The notes beneath the pieces were generated by a model, which saw only the letters and a program-made list of their open reading frames with translations, was not told the DNA's origin and did no database searches. Position numbers and translations under genes: made by a program. Of a DNA stretch of 64,000 nucleotides, positions 18,990-31,000 are shown in pieces. The DNA is from a virus (taxonomy: Duplodnaviria > Caudoviricetes): positions 1 through 64,000 of IMG/VR virus record IMGVR_UViG_3300026255_000001; one strand, written 5' to 3'. How positions within the stretch are numbered: position 1 is the stretch's first letter; the number at the start of each line of letters is the position of its first letter.

Positions 18990-21563
18990 ATGTCAACTTT
19001 CATCGGAAACATTGGGGTACCGCGAATCGACCGCCACATCAGGTATGACTACAATGACGTGGGTGCGGCGCTGGACAGTTTCTTTGGCTCCAGCAACCCG
19101 GTCCCGGCGGCGGTTTCACAGCAGAACTTCATTCCTCCGCCCGCGCCGACCGTCGGGCCGTTGGTTAGCAATGCGCCGCCCCCTGTTGCCGCCACGCCCC
19201 AGCAATTCCAGCAGCCGTTCATAGCTCCCGCCGTCAGCCAGCCTTGGAGCCAGCCCGTTCTGCAGTTCCAGCAGCCGTTCATAGCTCCCGCCGTCAGCCA
19301 GTCTTGGAGCCAGCCCGTTCTGCCGGCGCAGTTCTTCTTGCAGACGCCGGTCCCGGGCTACGCGACGCCGCAGCAAATGGGCATGGACATCTTCGGCGAG
19401 GCGCCGCAGGCTCCGGCCGAGCAAGCCCCCGCCCCGACGATCGCCGAGACGGCGTCGTTCGTGCCTTCGGCGGAGATCATGGCGCCGGAGGCCCCTATCA
19501 CCGAGCGGTTCGTGGCCCGCGGCCTGCCTACGGCGGGCGAGCTAGTTTCCCCGCCCCCCAGTTTTGACGGCGGTACGGCCAATGTCCTTGGGCGGGTGGA
19601 GGCCGACGCCTACGCCCCTCCTCCTTGGTGGCCGGAAGGCGCCGTCGTGAGGCGTGACCCGATGGCACCGGGAGGTTTTAGCGTAACGGTACCTGGACCA
19701 AAGTCGGCTTCGATGAAGGTTTACCCGGAAGATTCTCCGGCGCTGACCGACGTCAGAATAAGCCCTCCGACTGAGCCCGACCCGCTCGCGGAGGCGCTTC
19801 CTCCGCCGGCGGATGCCCTCGCGGCAACGGTAGGGACGGCGAGTGCGGACGACGCCATGCGAGCCGTACCATCCACGCCTGGCGGGCTTTCCGCCGCCCC
19901 CAAGGATGACCCAGCGGTCCGGCGTGTTGAGGAGCTGTATATCGCTGGGGTAGAAGCTGCCGGCACTCCTTTGTCAGACGAGGCGAAGAAAGATTTGTAC
20001 ACGCACATCGTCGATCGTGTTAAGGTGGACGAGGTGTATAAGCCGCGGCTGGCCGTGGTTGAGGGGCGACTAGGCGGGTTGGATAAAGAAGACCCGTCGT
20101 ACGATGTGCTGGCCAAAGAGAAAGAGCGGCTTGAAACCAGAATCGGTGCCATTGAGGAAAAATATAAAACCACTGTTGCACCAGTCGACAAAGAAGCCGA
20201 GCACGCGGCTGAGTTTCTGACTGATGGAGAAAAATACATTGCGGCCAGGACCGGCACGCTGACCGGTTCCGATGCGACGCAGTGGAATTATTACCAGGAC
20301 AAAGTCAAGGACTTGGAGTTGTGGCGGGAGGCCGATGCTTGGTCGAGAAGCAAAGACGCTAGTGAAGGCAAAGACCCGCCGACAAGGCTGGCATCGCAAT
20401 TCCGATATGGGCAGCTTATAAAGCAGCCGGAGCTCCCGGCTACAGAAACCACGGTTGTTGGGCGCATAGAAATCGAGCGGCGTATTTTCGAGAGCCTTCA
20501 TGAAACCACGCGCGCAGATTTACTGCGCCGCCCCGGGGATATGAATCTCGACTCGTTGGTTCAGGCGCGACAGGAACAGCAGCTCGAGCCGTTCAAACTG
20601 GCTTTTGAAGGGGCATCCGACCCAGTCATGTCGGGAGGGCTATCCGACGTGCTTGACGACGCTGGGTTGGAATCGCTGCAAAACGCCGACGGTCTGTTGC
20701 GTGAAGGGAAGTTTGCTGCGGCTGACCGGGCATATCAGCAAACTGGCCGGTTGGCGATCCGTTCGCAATTCGAGCGGGCCGCCTCCGGCAAGGGCGTAAT
20801 CGTTGGCGGCGACGGCTCGCTGACTGTGGACCCGAGGATGCTCAGCGAGGCGCAGCAGCTGCAAGCCACCCTCAGAGAGATGTTTGACGCGGCCCCGGAA
20901 GGATCTCCTGCGCGAGTTGCCATCCGGTCCCAGATGCTGAGACTGGACCGCGGCATCGACGGAGCCACCGGCAAGTCGGAGCACATCACCGGCCTGAAAC
21001 TGTCCGATCTTTACGCCGGGTTGCGGGCGGACATGGACGTCAACACCCCCAAGGGCGCCACAAAAGAATATGCCGGGCACCTTGGAGAAGTCGGAGAAAC
21101 CATAAACGACAGGACCCAGCTCACCATCAAGGGGGCGATCGCTACGTTTGAGCGGTCGCAGGGCCTGGAGCGGGATAAGCAGACTTTGCAGGAGACCATC
21201 GACGGTGCGATCAATCTCGGCAGGCGGGAGTTCAAGAACTACGTGAATTCCACTCGGCACGGCTCGGAGTTCGGTCGCGAGGGGGTGCTCCGCAAAATAC
21301 GAAATGACGGAAGCGTCGAATGGAACACGGCCAACATGCTGGCGGTCGGCAATCTCGCCCTGCTGGCGCTGGCGCCGCTCGAACGCGCCTACTGGCAGCG
21401 CCGGCAGGAGGAGCGCGAGGACGAGCGCTACGACGAAGACTGGGAGCGCCAGAAAGAAGCCTGGGCGATCCAGAACGGGTACCGGCTCCAGCAGATTGGC
21501 GCCGCCGGAAAAGCGTCCCGCGGCGGGGGCAGCGTGGCGGCAGTCCGTCCGGCAAGATTCTAG
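18990..21563 (+). CDS. internal virion/ejection protein (probable)
   Basis: 857 aa, Pro/Gln-rich N-half, helical C-half; shares its N-terminal 20 aa with the next gene. Confidence 0.6.
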   Translation: MSTFIGNIGVPRIDRHIRYDYNDVGAALDSFFGSSNPVPAAVSQQNFIPPPAPTVGPLVSNAPPPVAATPQQFQQPFIAPAVSQPWSQPVLQFQQPFIAPAVSQSWSQPVLPAQFFLQTPVPGYATPQQMGMDIFGEAPQAPAEQAPAPTIAETASFVPSAEIMAPEAPITERFVARGLPTAGELVSPPPSFDGGTANVLGRVEADAYAPPPWWPEGAVVRRDPMAPGGFSVTVPGPKSASMKVYPEDSPALTDVRISPPTEPDPLAEALPPPADALAATVGTASADDAMRAVPSTPGGLSAAPKDDPAVRRVEELYIAGVEAAGTPLSDEAKKDLYTHIVDRVKVDEVYKPRLAVVEGRLGGLDKEDPSYDVLAKEKERLETRIGAIEEKYKTTVAPVDKEAEHAAEFLTDGEKYIAARTGTLTGSDATQWNYYQDKVKDLELWREADAWSRSKDASEGKDPPTRLASQFRYGQLIKQPELPATETTVVGRIEIERRIFESLHETTRADLLRRPGDMNLDSLVQARQEQQLEPFKLAFEGASDPVMSGGLSDVLDDAGLESLQNADGLLREGKFAAADRAYQQTGRLAIRSQFERAASGKGVIVGGDGSLTVDPRMLSEAQQLQATLREMFDAAPEGSPARVAIRSQMLRLDRGIDGATGKSEHITGLKLSDLYAGLRADMDVNTPKGATKEYAGHLGEVGETINDRTQLTIKGAIATFERSQGLERDKQTLQETIDGAINLGRREFKNYVNSTRHGSEFGREGVLRKIRNDGSVEWNTANMLAVGNLALLALAPLERAYWQRRQEEREDERYDEDWERQKEAWAIQNGYRLQQIGAAGKASRGGGSVAAVRPARF
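19203..19322 (+). repeat. 60-nt tandem duplication (QFQQPFIAPAVSQ(P/S)WSQPVL x2)
   Basis: Two near-identical 60-nt units read directly. Confidence 0.9.
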
Positions 21564-21575
21564 GGAGATACGACC

Positions 21576-22622
21576 ATGGCAACTTTCATCGGAAACATCG
21601 GAGTCCCGCGGATCGACCGGCACATCAAGTTCGACTCTTCCAGAGACAAGCCGGCCTCGACCCCGTCAGCATTAGATTTGTGGCGTGACGCGAATATCAA
21701 CCGGGCGGAAGGGCTGAAGGTCACCAACCGCGAAACCGGCGTACAAAGCACAGTCCCTCATTTTGACTCCTCCCTCCGGACCGGCGGCACAAGCTCCGGC
21801 AGATCGTCCGGCGGATCGTCCGGCGGATCGTCCGGCGGATCGTCCGGCGGCAGCTCCGGCGACACCGGCAACGCAAGGGTAACGACCGACCTCGACATGT
21901 CGATCCCCGACATCCCGGAATACGAGCCGCTCGACCTGTCCGGCATCGAGTACGACCCCGCGTCCCCGGACCTGCAGGATCTGTCGAAGGCCGACACCGC
22001 GCTCGGCGCCATGGAGGACATGATCGGCGGCCTCCGGGAGAAGAACAAAGACTGGATGGCCGGCAAGGTGTCCGGGGATACGGCGGATCAGTTGAGGTCG
22101 CAGGCGGCCCTTAGTGCCCGCATGGGCGGGGCCGGCGTCGACTCCCAGATGTCCCGCAACCTGCAGGCTCGCGACTTCGGGCTGACCTCGATGCAGATCC
22201 AGGAAGCCGGCATGCAGCGCGAGAGCCAGCTGACTCAGCTGCAGCAGAGCCTGGCCGGGATTCGCGAACAGCGGATGCAGTTTATGACCCAGCTGCGGGA
22301 GCAGCAGTCCCAGTTCGGTTCGGCCTTCGAGATGGACAAGGCCAAGGTCGGCGAGGCGTCCCGGCAGTTCGGGGCCAACCTCCAGGACCAGATGTACCGG
22401 ACCCAGCTCGCCCACAAGGAGCTGATGCTCAAGCAGGAGGCGTTCAACGCCGAGCAGAACATGCGCCTGGTCGAGCTGATCACCCAGTCTACCCTCGGGT
22501 TCTTGCAGTTGCAGGTCCAGGCGGCTGGGCAGGAGACGGACTTCGGCGGCGGCGTGAAGACGTATGAAACCCTGCAGAAACAGCTCGAAGAGCTTTGGTC
22601 CCGCAGCAATCCGAAGACGTAG
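21576..22622 (+). CDS. internal virion/ejection protein (probable)
   Basis: 348 aa, GGSS linker, Gln-rich coiled coil typical of ejected core proteins. Confidence 0.6.
   Translation: MATFIGNIGVPRIDRHIKFDSSRDKPASTPSALDLWRDANINRAEGLKVTNRETGVQSTVPHFDSSLRTGGTSSGRSSGGSSGGSSGGSSGGSSGDTGNARVTTDLDMSIPDIPEYEPLDLSGIEYDPASPDLQDLSKADTALGAMEDMIGGLREKNKDWMAGKVSGDTADQLRSQAALSARMGGAGVDSQMSRNLQARDFGLTSMQIQEAGMQRESQLTQLQQSLAGIREQRMQFMTQLREQQSQFGSAFEMDKAKVGEASRQFGANLQDQMYRTQLAHKELMLKQEAFNAEQNMRLVELITQSTLGFLQLQVQAAGQETDFGGGVKTYETLQKQLEELWSRSNPKT
21796..21860 (+). repeat. 12-nt tandem repeat (ccggcggatcgt) encoding a GGSS linker
   Basis: About five copies read directly. Confidence 0.85.
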
Positions 22623-22631
22623 GAGACTACC

Positions 22632-24986
22632 ATGAGCGACCCATTCAACAGCTTGATGACGACCGGCGCCGCGAACGCGGTTGGCGGCATGGCCAATCTT
22701 TTCGCCGGATCGCAGGCGATGCAACTGCAGGCGAACGCCGGCGCGCAGAACGCGAACGCCGGGCTCATGCAGTATATGATGTACCAGGACGCCCTGTCCG
22801 CCAAGAACCGCGAACAGTCCAGGCAGTTCGACATCCAGACGCGCGAGCGGTCCGATCTGATCGCGGCGAAGCGCGAGGAGTCCGCGTTTGCGCGGCTCAA
22901 TGCGACGCTGGATTCGCAGCTCAAGCGCGCCGAGATTGAATCCCGCGACCGCCAGCTGGCATTCGAGAACACACTCAAGCTGCAGCAGAACGACCTGCAG
23001 ATGAAGATTCAGACCATGCAGGTCGAGCGGATGGAGGGCGTCATGGACGCCGAGGCGCTGCGCGGCGAGCTGGCCAGCATATCCGTAGACGCGGCCGAAC
23101 TCAACGGGCTTGATTTGGCCGACCGGTTGGTGAGCGTGAAGAACAAGCACAAACGCGGCATGGCCCACCTGGAGAGTTCAGGAACCCCGATCGGGCAGAC
23201 CATCGCCGGTATGGTCACGGCGGCCAAGCAGATGAAGCTCGATATTCCCGTGCTCGACGACGATCTGCTCGGCGACTCGTTTACTGTCGAGGCCGCGCAG
23301 AAAGCGATTGAAGACATGGATCTTGCGGCGGGCAGGGTGAAGGCGGACGACAAGCAGGTGCTCGGGTACGTCAAAAACCAAATGCTGAGCAAGTACGCCG
23401 ACGACGACGCCATGTCTGCGCGGATTGGCGATTATATCGCGGCGCACGGGATCAAAGGGTCCAAGTTGGCGACCCTGGATGCGGCCGGCAAGACGCGACT
23501 CGGGATGCTGGCCGCCCTGGAGGACATGGAGGCCAAGGAGGGCGCTCTCCAGCCGCACTACGCCAAGATCAAGGAGCAGCTGTCCGATCCAGTCGGCGCC
23601 GCGCACTTCGATACGCTGTATCGAGCGGGCGTGCTCGAGCCCATCAAGGACAAGGCCACGCTGTCCAAGCTGCAGATGCTCCACCAGCACAATTTCCAGA
23701 CGCAGGTCGCCAACATGCAGGCGGCCGCGGACCGCGGGTTCAACTATTTCGGGCCTGAGCTGAAAGAAGCCCGGGAGCGCGCCGAGGAACAGTTCCAGGA
23801 AGCGCGGATGGAGATCATGGCCGGCGGGCGCCCCGACGCCGTGTGGGCGTTGTCCGGGGGCGTCGACTCGTTCGACTCCTTCCGCGAAGGCGTGCTGACC
23901 GACATCAAGAAGACCGACGAGTTCAAGCGCGTGACCGGCGGGGACATCATGGACTTTGCGCTTGAGGTGTCCGGTTTGGCCGGCGCCGGGCGTACGGTGG
24001 CCAACGTATTCACTGGACGCTGGGACAAGCTGTCGGTTGGCGATGCCGTTGACCTGGCGCTAACCTCCGCTGCTTTGTTTTCTGGCGGCGCAACTTTGTG
24101 GGGCCGGGGGTTACTCGGCGCCTCTAAGGGGGTGAAAGCGACGATGCTCGGGGCCAAGGTGGCTAAAGGCGGAGGGGTTCTTGGTGGGCTTGGCAGAGGG
24201 GCTATCTATGTCCCAAAAGCTATTGTAAGGAAGACGGGTCTCGGTACTCGCGGGATGCAGTTGTGGGCCGCCAAGGGATCTACCGGAGCCGATGCTGTTC
24301 GGCGGGCCTCTAATGCTATCGCACCGGCTAAACGGTGGTTGGCTAAACAGACAGTTGCGGCAGGGTCCGCTGGGATGCAAGTTCCAGGGAGAGTGTCCGC
24401 TGCGTTGTCGAATTTGGCTGGTAAAGAGGCGGCTCTCTCCGCCGCTAGGACGCTTCGCGGCGGAGAAGTTGCGGCGAACATCGCTGCCGCCGGTTGGGCT
24501 GGCGGCAGAGCCGCGGATATGGCTATTGGACGGGCGAGCGAAGGCTACGAGCGCGGGCAGTCAGGCCCGCGACTTAGCTTCGGCCAGTTCCACGAAGCCG
24601 CGGACGACTTAGAGGAGAAGTTCCAGACGCTGCGGATGATGGGCGACAAGATGCGCGGCAAGCAGCTCGAGGCCATGACGACTGAGTTCGTCAGCTCCTT
24701 CGAGAATTTCAAGCGCGTGGCGGGCAACTACTACAGCGACGGGCGGGTTCCCTTCCAAATCGAGGAGCGCTACCTGCAGCTCAGTCGGCTGCTCCCGCCT
24801 TTGGTGGCGAACAAGATCAACCGCCGCATCCGCGACGGGGAGTCCGGAGTCCAGCCTCAGAGCTTCTCGTCGTTCGAGGAGATGATGGCGCTGCCTGCGC
24901 GCGGCGGAGGCATGTCCATGCCTGTCGCTGCGCCTGCCGGCGGAGCCAGCGGACTCCCAGGTTTCGAAGCCGACGAGACTCCTTGA
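22632..24986 (+). CDS. internal virion/ejection protein (probable)
   Basis: 784 aa; Gln-rich coiled-coil N-terminus, Gly/Ala/Lys-rich hydrophobic region near the C-terminus. Confidence 0.6.
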   Translation: MSDPFNSLMTTGAANAVGGMANLFAGSQAMQLQANAGAQNANAGLMQYMMYQDALSAKNREQSRQFDIQTRERSDLIAAKREESAFARLNATLDSQLKRAEIESRDRQLAFENTLKLQQNDLQMKIQTMQVERMEGVMDAEALRGELASISVDAAELNGLDLADRLVSVKNKHKRGMAHLESSGTPIGQTIAGMVTAAKQMKLDIPVLDDDLLGDSFTVEAAQKAIEDMDLAAGRVKADDKQVLGYVKNQMLSKYADDDAMSARIGDYIAAHGIKGSKLATLDAAGKTRLGMLAALEDMEAKEGALQPHYAKIKEQLSDPVGAAHFDTLYRAGVLEPIKDKATLSKLQMLHQHNFQTQVANMQAAADRGFNYFGPELKEARERAEEQFQEARMEIMAGGRPDAVWALSGGVDSFDSFREGVLTDIKKTDEFKRVTGGDIMDFALEVSGLAGAGRTVANVFTGRWDKLSVGDAVDLALTSAALFSGGATLWGRGLLGASKGVKATMLGAKVAKGGGVLGGLGRGAIYVPKAIVRKTGLGTRGMQLWAAKGSTGADAVRRASNAIAPAKRWLAKQTVAAGSAGMQVPGRVSAALSNLAGKEAALSAARTLRGGEVAANIAAAGWAGGRAADMAIGRASEGYERGQSGPRLSFGQFHEAADDLEEKFQTLRMMGDKMRGKQLEAMTTEFVSSFENFKRVAGNYYSDGRVPFQIEERYLQLSRLLPPLVANKINRRIRDGESGVQPQSFSSFEEMMALPARGGGMSMPVAAPAGGASGLPGFEADETP

Positions 24987-25012
24987 CCCCAAGCCTCCCG
25001 AAGTGCTAGTCT
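24983..25012 (+). promoter_or_regulatory. sigma70-like promoter upstream of the giant gene
   Basis: TTGACC-N18-TAGTCT with TGn extended -10; the -35 overlaps the upstream stop codon. Confidence 0.45.
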
Positions 25013-25041
25013 CAGCTCCACCTTAGGAAGGGAATCGGAGA

Positions 25042-28000
25042 ATGAACGAGTTCAGGTTTTTGGCGCCCGACGGGCGGTACGGCACGGTGAGCGCCGAGAA
25101 CTTCTCGAGCGTTTATTCCGCCGGCGGCATCCCCGTGGAGGCCATGCCCGAAGTCGACGTCATGTCCCCCGACGGCATGCTGTCCACGATCCGCCACGAG
25201 AAGGCGTCCGAACTCATCAAGACCCAGGGGTACAAGCTCGCCACGACCCCGCGCCCCCTGCGCTTCGCGTCCCCCGACGGCCGCACCGGCACGGTCAAGG
25301 TCGGCCTGGAATCCGCGGCTCTGAGGCAGGGCGGGACTTTGCTTTTGAAGGAGCTTGACGTCAACAAGCCGTTGAAGCCGGACCTCCCCCGCGACCCGAA
25401 GATCGCCTCCGAGCCCCCGGAGTCCGTGCTCGGCAACTGGTTCGGGCCGGTGCCGAAGGATCCGACGACCCTCAAGGGTTGGGATTCCTACCAGGCGCTG
25501 GTTACCAAGAACAAGAAGGGGAAGGCCGGATTCTGGGAGGGCATTACCCCGAACATGACGAACGTGCCATTCCTCGGCACCGCGCTCGCCGCGGTCGACG
25601 CCGGCAAGGCGGCCTTGACCGCGCAGCGGCTCAAGGAGGGCAAGCCGACTTCCGACCAGGATGTTCTGGACCTCAACATGTTCATTGCCAAGCAGGAGCG
25701 CGAATCCAACGCCACGATGCTCGGCAAGGCCGGCAACGTCGTGATCGACATGACGACTTTCATGGCCGAAATCGCGGGGTCGATCAAGGGATTTCTGGTG
25801 CCGTTGAAGCCCTGGTTGGCCGCCAAGGCTTCGGCCAAGGCCGGCGGCGCCGCCGTAGGCAAGCTGTCCGTCGGATTGTCCAGAAAGATTTTGAAGGAGA
25901 GCGGCGAAGAGTGGGCCAAGAACCTCGTGGCCAAGAAGGTTGCCGCCGAGGCCGGCGAAGAGGTCGCCGAATATCTGGCGAAGCACGGGGGCCGGCGCGT
26001 CGCTGCGAAACTGCTCGGGCAGCTCCCCGAGATCGGCGTCGCCACGATCGCCCCGACAATCGGCCAGATCGTCCCCCAGTTGGCAGCCACGAAGATGTCT
26101 GGGCAGGACGCCGGAACCTACCGTGGCAACGTCGACAAGACCTTCGCTGCGCTCATGGGCGAGGACATGGAGAATTCCGCGGCCATCTGGCGCTCAGTCG
26201 CCGACACCACGATCGAGAACTGGTCGGAGGCCATGGGTGAAACCATAATGGCAGGCATGTCCAAGCTCCCCATCGTCGGCGGCCTCGGGCAGGCCATCCG
26301 GCGCAACGCCAATGCGTTCGTGGAGAAGCTCGGCAAGGCCGGAACGGCGGAAGGCTTCCAGGCCGTGGACCGCATAGCGGGCATGGCGGCGTTGTCCAGG
26401 TGGTTGTATGGGCGCGCCAAGAAGGGCGGCTCGTTTCGGATGATGATGGACGACCTGCACGCCGTGGGTTACGATGGGGTCTTCGGCGAAATGATGGAGG
26501 AGCGCGCGGGCGACTGGATGCGTGGCCTGTTCGGGCTCGAAGGCGATGCCGACGAGAACGCCATCAAGCGCGCCTTCAAGAACTCCTTGCCCGACCCCGA
26601 GCAGCTCGGCGTCGAACTGATCGCCTTCTCCATCCCCGCGTTGGCGGTCGGCGGGTTGCGGTTCGCGGCGGTCTCGCCGAACATGGACGGGTATTTCCGT
26701 CGTCGTGAGGCGCTCGAGGGCCTGGCGACCCTGCACAAGAACCGCAAGCCGTGGGAAGACGGCAGCTTTACTTCCGGCGACGCCGAGGCCAGCAAACCCA
26801 TCGTCAAGGACATCATTCGCGAGCATGAAGCCTATCAGCGCGACTCCACTGGCTGGATGAAGTATTTCAACTCTATGTTTGACGGGCTTCTGAGCATGAA
26901 GGTCGTCGACGGCGCCGTGGTTGTCAACCCGGACGTCAAGTACAAGAACACGATGTCCATGATGATCGGTACCTACGGCGGCCTGGCGCGTACCGCGTAC
27001 CTGGATAACCTCGGGCGCAAGCCGACCGAGGAAGACCTGGACAAGGCCCTGGACATTGGCGCCGAGCACGCTATGCGCCAGATGGCCCGCCAGGGCGGTT
27101 TCATTTGGCTGTACGACAGCACGCTCAGGACGACCGATGGCGTGCCTTCCGCCGAGGCAGGCGTCACGACGGAGCAGGAGGCGCTCAAGTATCTGTCCAA
27201 GGCGCAGCTGCAGGCGCTGCGCGACGCCGACTTGCTGACCATCGACGACTTCGGCAAGATTTTCATGCTGGATCCACGCAGCTACGACACGGACCAGCAC
27301 GAGCTCTTGGCCCATGCGTTCGAGCTCGGCACGGCGCGTCAGGTTCTGGAGGACAAGAAGTCGAGCGAGAAAGATCGCGAGGAGGCCAGGAAGCAAGAGG
27401 CGGAGGCCCTGGAGAAGATCGGCAAGATCGCGCCGGGCGTCGGGCCGCTGAGCGTCGCGGGGGCCCACAGGCGCGCCGCCGAAGCCGTCGCCCGCCTGAT
27501 GACGCTGACCCCCGAGGAGGCCCGGGACGTCACGCTGCAACAAAACATCCGCTTCGAAAGCGCCCTGGACCTTGATGAGCCGGCGGACGAGGCCGCTCTG
27601 GCCGAAGCCGAGGCCAAGGGAGAATATGCCCTGCTGTTTGAACTGTACCGCAAGCACCAGCGTTTCAATGCCTATGTGAATCTGGAGCTGGACGCCGATC
27701 CGCTCCCCGGGTCCCTGAACGAGTTGCTGCTGCGCGCCACGGTGTCCCCGGATTCCATGTCTCCCGAGGAGAAGGTCCGCGCAGCTTCGTTCCTAACCGG
27801 CTACCCCGACGCCACTCGCCTCGACGAGGCGACGTCCGTCGCGCGCCGGGTCCACAAGATGGTACAGGAGGGCGAAATCGCTTTCCGGGGAGACAGGATC
27901 GTGCGCTCCGGCGACGGGCAGAAGTTCGTCGTGCTCTCGCCCTTCCGGGACGAGAAGACCAGGAAGTCGATGTACCGAGTGGCCCCGCTGTCGGAGACCG

Positions 28001-31000
28001 GCACGCCGCTGGAGTCGGAGGCCACGTTCATTTCCGCCGAGGAGCTCAAGGCCAAGTACCAAAACGAGACGAAGACCGGCGTGTCAATCTCCAAGTTCTC
28101 CCGGGTCCAGGGCTCGCTGGAATCCATGGTGCCGTTTCTCCACAAGGCGGGTTACCTCGGCTCCTGGGTGCGGAGCAACCGGCGAGACGGCGAGTCGGTC
28201 GAGCAGACGCTCGCCCGCATGACGAGCCGGGACCTGACCGGCCTTGGGCTGGTGAAAGCGATGAAGGGCGCCTCCGGGAAAGAGTTTTTCTACTACGACG
28301 TCGGCGCCCGTTCGCTGTTTTATGGGGCCCTGGGCAAGCGCACCCGCGGCGTGGCCTACAATCCCATGCAGATGGCGGACATGGCCGGGGCGCATTTCTC
28401 GGAGGACTTCACCGAGGTGCCGATGCTGCAGCTGGCGGCGGATGCGCTCGGGCAGAACCAGACGGCGGACCGGCTGCGCGCGGCGCTGCCCGTCCTGGCC
28501 GCCGCGATTTCCAGGGCCCAGAAGGAAGCCGAGCACGTCCTTGTGCAGGCGGCCAAGAACTCCAAGACGTCCTCTGAGCGCGCCAAGGCGGTCGAGGACC
28601 TGGCCACCCTGCGCAAGCTGCCGAGCGTGGACTCGTCCGACGTGCTCAACGTCGTCGAGGCTATGAGCAAAACCGTGAGGCACTATGTCCACGGGTACAA
28701 GGATTTCCCCCGCCTGCGGCAGCTGGTTCTCGGGGACGCCGTGGAGGCGCTGTACGACAATTCCAGCCTATCGCATGACCTCCCCGCCATCCGCGCAGAG
28801 CTTGAGACGGTGGCGTCGAAGGAATACTGGGACGCACTGCGCTACGACGGGGCGATTGAGTCGGCCGACGAGGGTCCGGCGGACGGGGAAGCCGGAAAGA
28901 CCGGCGACAAACCCCCGCCCCTGCCCCCTCCGGCCGACGGCGGCGCGGAAGAGGGTGCGCCCCCGGCCGAAGACGGGCCGGCCGGCCCTTCCGTTCCCGC
29001 TGACTCGTTGCTCGACGACCTGACCGCGCAGGAAGTAAACGACGCCTTGTTCGGAGAGTCCGCCGCCGTGCCACGGCCCGACCCGGCCCCCGGGGACGCT
29101 CCGGAATCCATCAAACTCTCCGGTGATGCGGACGACGACGCCCGCGCGCTCGACCCTGATCTCGTCAAGAACCCCGACGCCCTGGCGGACCGCCTCGTGC
29201 GCTTCCGTCCCGGCATGGTGCGGCGCATCGGCGCGCTGAAGGCGATCGGCAAGGACCTGATGGACAGCGGCTTGCTGTCCCTGCAGGCGGCGAACGACAT
29301 GCTGCTGGGCTACATGGCCTCCTCGCTGCGGCTGTCCAAACCCGAAGCGTTCGACGTGCTGCTCGCGCTGCGCTGGAATCCCGGCGCCAAGGCGCTCGCC
29401 GAAACCGCTCCCACGGAAGCCGAGATGGAGGCCGAGCTGACGGGCTCCCTCGCGGAAGCCCTCGGGCTGTCCAGTGACGCCGAAGTGCCGATGTCGTCGG
29501 ACAAGCTAGCGGGGTCGGGCAACGCGGACATGATGGACTCCAAGCTGAAGGAGGTGACGGACGTCGTGCGCGTCGTCCTCGACGCCGCCATGGGCTACGC
29601 CCCCGTCGCCGAGATCGGCCGGGCGATCCGCAAGTCGGCGCCTGGCGGCAGGCCGCTTGGGACCCGCAACCTGCCCGCCTGGCTCATGTCCAAGGAGGCG
29701 TTCGGCGAATGGGCCGCCGAGCGCAAGGCCAACATGCGCCGGTACTCGGACAACTTCGCCGAGCTGCGTCTCTCCCGGCCGCTGGACGCTGCCGAGATCA
29801 TGTTCAACAGCGTGGTCGCCAGCCTGCCGTGGGAGCACGCGCTGCAGATCTACAAGGCCGCCCAGAACACCTTCCCCCGCGAAGTCCGCGAGGTCAGGCC
29901 CAATGACGGCTACGGCACATACTTCGAGGCGTTGCTGCCTCCGGACGAGGCGGGCGTCCAGCACGACGCGGTCCGGGGAGCGACTGTCGCGGAGGTCGAG
30001 CAGAACGTCGCGGCGCTGATCAAGCTGGGGATGTACCGGGGCCAGGTCTCCGCCGAGGAGCTGGCCGAGCTGGTTCACGAAACCGGCAACGGGTCAACGA
30101 TGGCGACCCTGAACGACGCGGCTCCCCGCATGGCGGCGGAGCAGGCCAGCCAGCTGCGCCGGCGGCTGAGGCCCGAAGAGTATTTCAGCGACGCCAATGC
30201 GGAGCTCCGCGCCGCCGTTGAGCGCGTGGCCTCCATGATCGACTCCAAGCGCGGGACTTTCGGCCGAGCCGGGGCTTTCTACAAGGACCAAGGCGGAAAC
30301 ACGGTAAGCCGGTTCGGGTACCTGTTGAACGAAGGCGCCGACGCCAGCAGTAAATGGCATAGTCCGTGGAAGAAGCAGTTGCTGGAGGACGTGCTCGAGG
30401 TTGTCTCCCGTCTGCTGACTGGCTCCAATAGTCCGGCGCTCGTCGCGCAACTGAAGAAGGACCTGGTCCTGAACGAAGGCAAAGCGGTCCGGAAGTCCCT
30501 GCAGAACCTCTGGGAACAGCTGATCGAGCCGCTGGCGGCCCTGGAGCGCGAGCGCACGTCGTCCTCTGGCGCGGAGGCCCAACGGCAGACCCTGGCGGCG
30601 AGGGGGCTCAACGCGCTGGTGGAGGGCACGGCCGAAAACCCCGGAGTCTTCTACAAGGCGTTCGGACTGGCCTACGGCGGCAACGAGCTGGAGGCGTTCG
30701 CCTACATGCGCGACCGCAAGGACTTCTTCCAGACCAATGACAAGTACCTGTCCAAGCTGCTCGGCCAGTTCGCCGTCCGCAACGTCGTGACGCCCGTTGG
30801 GCGCGCCACGGGGGGCAAGGCGTTCTCGGGGTACCGGGCGAGGAGCCCGCAAGCCGAGGCCGCCGAGCGCCTGGCGGACCGCCGCGGCGACCTGCGCCCG
30901 GCCGTGCTGGTATCCGAGGCGGCGGGGATGGATTCCATCGAAGGCTCCGAGATGTCTTCGGCCCAGATGTACGATGCGCTCCGTGGAGTCGCGCGGGGAG

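Noticed and set aside
13625-22634. TAG stops in frame with the next gene (13627, 15966, 21563, 22622), hinting at amber reassignment or readthrough polyproteins
   Set aside because: The 6303-codon gene and all other genes have no internal TAG, which argues against reassignment. In three cases TAG overlaps or abuts the next SD, which constrains spacing, and downstream genes have their own RBS. Low-level readthrough is not excluded.
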